From: Armatimonadia bacterium
Lineage (GTDB): Bacteria; Armatimonadota; Zipacnadia; Zipacnadales; UBA11051
Reading direction: 5' to 3'
NCBI GenBank assembly: GCA_039683575.1
Contig: JBDKRC010000347.1
Location: forward strand, 1-56,969
DNA length: 56,969 bases
Below the pieces are notes generated by a model, which was not told the origin of the DNA, ran no database searches, and saw nothing but the letters and a program-made list of their open reading frames with translations. A program made the position numbers and the translations under genes. Positions 51,600 to 56,969 of this stretch are shown here, piece after piece; positions within the stretch are counted from its first letter, which is position 1, and each line of letters opens with the position of its first letter.

Positions 51600-54500
51600 A
51601 TGCGTAACGTGCATAGCCGCGCCTCAGTCTGCAGCCTTGCTCTTCCTCTTCTTCTGCTACTCACACTGCCTGCAATCGCCGAAGACTGGCCCACCTACCA
51701 GCACGACATGTCGCGTAGCGGCTTGACTGCCGAGCAGGTGCCACTGCCGCTGCAGGCCCAGTGGACGCACCAGCCGACGAGTCCTCCGCACGCAGGATGG
51801 GCTGACCCGCAGTCCGTACCGGTCGAGGGTGTGATCGAGCCGCCCAAAGCGAAGTTCGATGACGCCTTCTACGTCTCGGCGGCGGAGGGGCTCGTGTTCT
51901 ACGGGTCTTCGACGGAGAACTCGGTTTCAGCGCTGGACGCGACTACGGGGCAAGTGCGGTGGCGGTTCTTTACGGGCGGGCCGGTGCGGCTGGCCCCGAC
52001 GTTTGCGGGCGGCCGGCTGTATTTTGGATCTGACGATGGTTTCGTCTACTGTCTGAAGGCAGACGATGGCTGCGTGGTATGGCAGCGGCGGTTGGGGCCG
52101 AGCAATGAGCGGGTGCTGGGGCATGGCCGGATGATTTCGCTGTGGCCGGTGCGGACTGGTGTGATCGTGGACGAGGGGACCGTGTACTGCACCGCCGGGA
52201 TATTCCCGGGTGAACGGGTCTACATCTGCGCACTGAAGGCCGAGGATGGCACGCCGGTGTGGACCAACGATACCGTTGACGATCAGATGGGCGGGACGGG
52301 CAATGTCTCACCGCAGGGGTACCTGCTGGCTTCGAAGACGCAGCTATATGCGCCGTCGGGACGGAGCCTGCCGGCGTGCTTTGACCGGGCCGATGGCAAG
52401 TTCCTGTACCAGCGCGGTGACGGCCGCTGGACGTATGGCGTCGTGGGTGGAACGTACGCACTGCTGGCGGGAGACCAGCTCTATGGCGGGACGGGGCAGA
52501 TTTTGTCCTATGAGCAACAGACCGGCAAGCAGCAGTTCGCGTGGTTCCCGGGAAAGCGGCTGCTCGTCACGCCGACCACGTCCTATATGCTCAATGACGC
52601 GGGGATCACGGCTCTGGACCGAGTGAAGTACCCCGAGGCCAGCAAGCAGGTGACGGACGCGAAGTTCAAGCGCGCGAAGATCGTGGCCTTGCGTCCCAAG
52701 CCCGCGGACCTGGATCAGCAGCTTGCTGCCGTGGATGAGGAAGCGAAGAAGGGACAGGCGGCGGTGGAGGCGTGCACGCTGTTCCGGTTCGATCATCCGA
52801 AGCTTGAGAGCATGATCGTGGCGGGGGATACGCTATTTGCGGGCGGGGCCGACGAGGTGCTGGCGTTGGACGCAAAGACTGGCAAGCAGCTTTGGAGCGC
52901 GCCGGTGAAAGGGCTCGCGAAGGGGCTCGCGGTGGCTGACAAACGGCTGCTGGTTAGTCTGGACAATGGGGCGATTGCCTGCTTTGCGGCGACCACGCCG
53001 CCGGTTCCGGCGGCTGTGTCGCCTGCGGTTGCGTTTCCGAAGGATGCCATGACCCCGGTATATGAGCGGGCGGCAAAGGAGATACTGGCGCGGACGGGCG
53101 TGAAGAGCGGCTACTGCCTCGTAGTCGGCAACCGGAGCGGGCGGCTGGCGTATGAACTGGCGCGGCAGTCTGAACTCACGATCTATGGCGTGGATGAGGA
53201 TGCGGAGCGCGTGGCAAAGGCACGAGCGGCGCTGGCGGTTACGGGGCTGTATGGCACGCGGATCTCGCTCGATGTGTGCCCGCAGGGGGAGATACCCCAT
53301 TCGAACTACTTTGCGAACCTGATCGTGTCGGAGGCGGCGCTGACGGAGGGGACGCTGCCGACAGCAGCGGACAAGCTGCTGCGGAACCTCAAGCCGTGTG
53401 GCGGTGTGCTGTGTCTTGGACAGCCTGCGGGGCTACCGAAGGGCGTTCCGGCATTGAAGGCGGCTGATCTGACCGATTGCTACGCCGCAGTCGGGCTCTC
53501 GGAACCGACCGTTACGCCGCGCTCGGGTCTTTGGGCCACTTGCGTTCGCGGGCCGCTCCCGGGCGCCGGGCAGTGGACCCATCAGTACGCCGATCCCGGA
53601 AACACAGCCGCGTCAACTGATACCATCGTGAAGGCGCCCCTGGGCGTGCTGTGGTATGGCGAGCCGGGGCCGGACAAGGTCCCCAGCCGCCACCTCGGCA
53701 ATGCCGCGCCGCTGACCATCAACGGGCGGGTGTATCTGCAGGGCATCAACCGCATCATGTGCTTCGACGCCTATAACGGGCAGATGTACTGGGAGCGGGA
53801 GATTCCCGGTGCTTACCGCGTCGGCATGGTCTATGAGTGCGGCAATATCGCTTGTGATGACAAGAACTTCTTTGTGTCCACCGGGACGCAGTGCCTGCGC
53901 CTGGATGCCCTGACCGGCAAGACGCTTGGCACCTTCTCCCTGCCGAAGCGAAAGGACGACGTCAAGCGTACGTGGGCATATGTAGCGGTGGTGGGGGACA
54001 CGCTCTTTGGCAGCGCCTCGCACGAGGGCCGGTTCAGCGATCAGGTATTCGCCATGAACGCCGCCAACGGCAAGCTGCGCTGGGCGATGGACGCGGAGAC
54101 CATCCGCAACAACACCATCGCGATCAGCGACGGGCGGATGTTCCTTGCCTCGGCGGCAACCCCGGAGCAGCGCCAGCAGGTTCTCGGGCAGAAGATCAAG
54201 GAACTGATGGCCGATAAGCAGATCACGGCCGCAGAGGCTGAGAAGCAACTGACGAGCGCGGATGTACGGCTTGTCACGGCGATTGACACCGCGACGGGCA
54301 AGATTGCGTGGCAGCGCCCGGTGGATCTGACCGACTGCGGGCCGCACGTGCTCATGGCCATCGCGACACGGGGCGTGGTGATGTTCTCGGGGGCGCACTC
54401 CGACGGGCACTACTGGCCGCAGTTCCTTGGTGGGGAGTACGGCACGCGGCGGGTGGTGGCGTTGTCGGCGGCGGATGGTTCGCTGCTGTGGTCAGAGCCC

Positions 54501-56261
54501 ATCGGTCACCGCATTCGGCCGCTGGTGGTCGGTGACACACTGTATGCCGAGCCCTGGGCTTTCGACCTCAAGACCGGCAAGCAGCAGATGCGCGAGCATC
54601 CGGTGACGGGCGAGCCGTCGCCATGGCAGATGGAGCGGCCGGGCCACCACTGCGGCTGCATATCCGGGTCGCCAAACGGGCTGTTCTTCCGCTCATGGTC
54701 CATGGCGTACTATGACCTGATCCGCGACCAGGGCACGCAGCACTTCGGGGGGCAGCGGCCCGGGTGCTGGATCAACATGATCCCCGCCAATGGCCTCGTC
54801 GTTGTGCCTGAGGCAAGCTCTGGTTGTCTCTGTCTCGTGTCCATCCACTGCACGACGGTATTCCAGCCGCGGGAGACCGATCGTGCCTGGGGCGGGTATT
54901 CAACGCCGGGGCCGGCGCTGCCGGTGAAGCGACTGGCGCTCAACATCGGCGCGCCCGGTGACCGCACCACGCCCGATGGGAAGCTGTGGATGGGGTTCCC
55001 GCGCCCGAACCTGCGGATGCCGGTGCCGATCAAGCCGACACTGACGTACATGGCTGGCGGCGGGGCCTACAACACTGCGACGGACGGCGCACAGTTCGCC
55101 GGGACGGACGCGTCGTGGCTCTACACTTCAGGGGCTCGAGGGGTGACTTCCTTCAGCGTGCCGCTGGTAGGGGCGCTGGACGGCCCGGCCATCTATACCG
55201 TGCGGCTGGGCTTTGTGGACGCTCAGAATTCGTCCGCAGGGCAGCGGACCTTCGGCGTGAAGGTTCAGGGACAGGTTCGCGAGCCAGCCTTCGACATCAT
55301 CAAGGCGGCAGGCGGCCCCAACCGCGTCGTGATACGGGAGTTCAACGGTATCCAGGTTGATGATGCGCTCAACGTCGAATTCATAGCCTCGGGCAAGGAT
55401 CTCAAGCCGGAGCAAATGCCACTGCTGAACTGCGTGGAGATCGTGCGCGAGAAGGTGCTGCATGTGGGCATGCAGGCGCCGGATTTGGTGCTGTCTGACC
55501 TGGCTCCGAGCGCCGAGGCGAAGATCGACTTCAGCAATCGGACCGACAGCGAGTTCAACGGCAAGCTCAAGCTGATCGCCCCCGCCGGGTTCACGGTGAC
55601 TCCGGCTGAGACGCCGGTGAAGCTGGCTGTGAATGAGCGACTCAGCTTGCCGGTGAAGCTCACCGTGGACAAGCGCGGGCCGGCGGCGACGCCGACGCTG
55701 CAGGTACAACTGCTGCGGGCGGACGGCACGGTCGAAATAGAGCGCGCGGCGAAGGTTGAATACCTCGGGCCGCGCATGCGCCTCGTCATCCCCGTAGCGG
55801 CGGATACGTACGCCTCGGCGGGGGCAGCTACGACCAACTATGGGCTGACGGCGAATCTGCTGGTTGATGGCGGCAGCGCGCGGATGGGTGATGAGAGCCA
55901 CAACCTGGGCTACCTGCGGTTCCCGCTGCAGATTCCGGGCAAGGTGACAAAGGTCACGCTGCGCGTGCACACTGCTCCCAGCGAGGCCGCCGAGAGTAAC
56001 GACTCTGGACGCATTTGCCTTGTGGAGGCGGTGGACGAGAACAAGCTCAACTACAGCAACCGGCCGACGCCGGGCGCTGAGGTGGGTAAACTCGGGAAAG
56101 TGGACCGGAATGTGTGGGAGGAGCGGGTGCTGAACGTGGACCTGGCGGGCAAGAGCGAACTGTGCCTGGTGCTCGATCCCACCTCCTGTGACGGCGCCAG
56201 CTATATCTCGCGCGAGGGTGGGCAGGCGGCACAACTCGTGGTTGAGTATGAGGCCCAATGA
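51600..56261 (+). CDS. Giant secreted protein: PQQ-like beta-propellers + class I methyltransferase-like fold + malectin-like + Ig-like + DNRLRE/CBM96-like domains
   Basis: Signal peptide; DWPTYQHD..RSG; many ALDA.TG..W blades; GYCLVVGNRSGRLAYELA; WTHQYADPGN; HHCGC, RPGCWIN, SGCLC; YTVRLGF..GQRTFGVKVQG..FDI; VAADTY..TNYG..YLRF. Confidence 0.9.
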   Translation: MRNVHSRASVCSLALPLLLLLTLPAIAEDWPTYQHDMSRSGLTAEQVPLPLQAQWTHQPTSPPHAGWADPQSVPVEGVIEPPKAKFDDAFYVSAAEGLVFYGSSTENSVSALDATTGQVRWRFFTGGPVRLAPTFAGGRLYFGSDDGFVYCLKADDGCVVWQRRLGPSNERVLGHGRMISLWPVRTGVIVDEGTVYCTAGIFPGERVYICALKAEDGTPVWTNDTVDDQMGGTGNVSPQGYLLASKTQLYAPSGRSLPACFDRADGKFLYQRGDGRWTYGVVGGTYALLAGDQLYGGTGQILSYEQQTGKQQFAWFPGKRLLVTPTTSYMLNDAGITALDRVKYPEASKQVTDAKFKRAKIVALRPKPADLDQQLAAVDEEAKKGQAAVEACTLFRFDHPKLESMIVAGDTLFAGGADEVLALDAKTGKQLWSAPVKGLAKGLAVADKRLLVSLDNGAIACFAATTPPVPAAVSPAVAFPKDAMTPVYERAAKEILARTGVKSGYCLVVGNRSGRLAYELARQSELTIYGVDEDAERVAKARAALAVTGLYGTRISLDVCPQGEIPHSNYFANLIVSEAALTEGTLPTAADKLLRNLKPCGGVLCLGQPAGLPKGVPALKAADLTDCYAAVGLSEPTVTPRSGLWATCVRGPLPGAGQWTHQYADPGNTAASTDTIVKAPLGVLWYGEPGPDKVPSRHLGNAAPLTINGRVYLQGINRIMCFDAYNGQMYWEREIPGAYRVGMVYECGNIACDDKNFFVSTGTQCLRLDALTGKTLGTFSLPKRKDDVKRTWAYVAVVGDTLFGSASHEGRFSDQVFAMNAANGKLRWAMDAETIRNNTIAISDGRMFLASAATPEQRQQVLGQKIKELMADKQITAAEAEKQLTSADVRLVTAIDTATGKIAWQRPVDLTDCGPHVLMAIATRGVVMFSGAHSDGHYWPQFLGGEYGTRRVVALSAADGSLLWSEPIGHRIRPLVVGDTLYAEPWAFDLKTGKQQMREHPVTGEPSPWQMERPGHHCGCISGSPNGLFFRSWSMAYYDLIRDQGTQHFGGQRPGCWINMIPANGLVVVPEASSGCLCLVSIHCTTVFQPRETDRAWGGYSTPGPALPVKRLALNIGAPGDRTTPDGKLWMGFPRPNLRMPVPIKPTLTYMAGGGAYNTATDGAQFAGTDASWLYTSGARGVTSFSVPLVGALDGPAIYTVRLGFVDAQNSSAGQRTFGVKVQGQVREPAFDIIKAAGGPNRVVIREFNGIQVDDALNVEFIASGKDLKPEQMPLLNCVEIVREKVLHVGMQAPDLVLSDLAPSAEAKIDFSNRTDSEFNGKLKLIAPAGFTVTPAETPVKLAVNERLSLPVKLTVDKRGPAATPTLQVQLLRADGTVEIERAAKVEYLGPRMRLVIPVAADTYASAGAATTNYGLTANLLVDGGSARMGDESHNLGYLRFPLQIPGKVTKVTLRVHTAPSEAAESNDSGRICLVEAVDENKLNYSNRPTPGAEVGKLGKVDRNVWEERVLNVDLAGKSELCLVLDPTSCDGASYISREGGQAAQLVVEYEAQ

Positions 56262-56893
56262 AGCGCCTGAGCCTTCTGGCGGCGCTGCTCCTATTGACAG
56301 CCGCTACGACGGTCTTGGCAGCATCCGCGGCCGATCATTGTCGTCAGGGTATGAAGCTGTATGGGCAGGGGAAGCTGGATGGAGCTGCCAGGGAGTTCCG
56401 CGAGGCCCTGCGGCTGGACCCGCGCAGCGATCAGGCGCACACGGGGCTTGGGGTGGTGCTGTACGCGCAGGGGAACGTGAGCGAGGCGGCGGCGCAGTGG
56501 CGGCAGGCGGTGCGGCTCAACCCGCGTAATGTGAGCGCGCAGGTCAACCTGGGCTCGGCGCTGGTGGACCTGAACAGGGCGGAGGAAGCGATTGCGGTGC
56601 TCAAGCGGGCGCTGGGGCTGAGCCCGCAGTCGGTGGGAGCGCATTATAACATGGGGCGGGCGCTGGCGAAGCTGCGGCGGACGGCAGAGGCCATCAAGGA
56701 ATATGAGACCGCGCTGAGGCTCAACGCCAGCTTCGCGCCGGGATGGCTGGCGCTGGGGACGCTGCATGCGAATGTGACCAAGACTCCGACCGAAGCGGTG
56801 CGATGCTTCGAGAAGTACCTCAAGCTGGTACCCAACCCGCCACAGTGTACGTGCTGGATCAAGGCATATGTGGAGAAGCACCGGAAGCGTTAG
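56258..56893 (+). CDS. Secreted TPR repeat protein with a C-terminal CTC motif
   Basis: ATGA overlap with the upstream gene; signal peptide; about 5 TPRs (AHTGLG, AQVNLG, AHYNMG); PPQCTCWIK. Confidence 0.92.
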   Translation: MKRLSLLAALLLLTAATTVLAASAADHCRQGMKLYGQGKLDGAAREFREALRLDPRSDQAHTGLGVVLYAQGNVSEAAAQWRQAVRLNPRNVSAQVNLGSALVDLNRAEEAIAVLKRALGLSPQSVGAHYNMGRALAKLRRTAEAIKEYETALRLNASFAPGWLALGTLHANVTKTPTEAVRCFEKYLKLVPNPPQCTCWIKAYVEKHRKR

Positions 56894-56906
56894 TGCCAAT
56901 AACGAC

Positions 56907-56948
56907 GTCATCCTGAGCCCGGACGCGGACGTCCGGGCTCAGGATGAC
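56907..56948. repeat. Perfect 19-bp palindrome of the GTCATCCTGAG (CGTC-type) repeat family
   Basis: GTCATCCTGAGCCCGGACG-CGGA-CGTCCGGGCTCAGGATGAC. Confidence 0.85.
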
Positions 56949-56969
56949 AATGGTCTCTGGTGATCGTCA

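Noticed and set aside
51600-56261. PQQ-dependent alcohol/methanol dehydrogenase or BamB
   Set aside because: Only generic propeller blades; no vicinal CC or other dehydrogenase signature, and the architecture is far larger than BamB.
47763-56893. Selenocysteine or stop-codon read-through in the Cys-rich locus
   Set aside because: All frames are intact with ordinary Cys codons; no in-frame TGA at motif positions.

Overview
High-GC bacterial chromosomal window with about 40 protein-coding genes and no rRNA, tRNA, CRISPR array, transposase or integrase. The gene content (three prepilin/H-X9-DG DUF1559-type genes, an SLH-porin, large secreted LamG/CBM proteins) suggests a diderm of the Armatimonadota type; this taxon is an inference. 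In order: a truncated LamG+DUF6067-like secreted protein missing from the ORF track, a secreted PHP hydrolase that appears circularly permuted, a GNAT, an orphan DNA methyltransferase, a four-gene putative sugar-catabolic operon, a minimal secretin, paaK-ACT, a polysaccharide deacetylase, dGTPase, an SLH-collagen-porin, a six-PAS hybrid kinase, housekeeping genes, Rrf2 plus a duplicated Cys-rich DUF1284-like protein, an RND efflux operon, and a divergent 9-kb locus (membrane accessory protein, MacB/FtsX-type ABC transporter, prepilin; giant PQQ-propeller/methyltransferase-fold/malectin protein, TPR protein) in which four proteins carry CxC motifs. That locus is the best candidate for an undescribed system. 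Intergenic regions carry at least four families of GTAG/CGTC-type palindromic repeats. All family calls come from motif recognition by eye, not from database searches.
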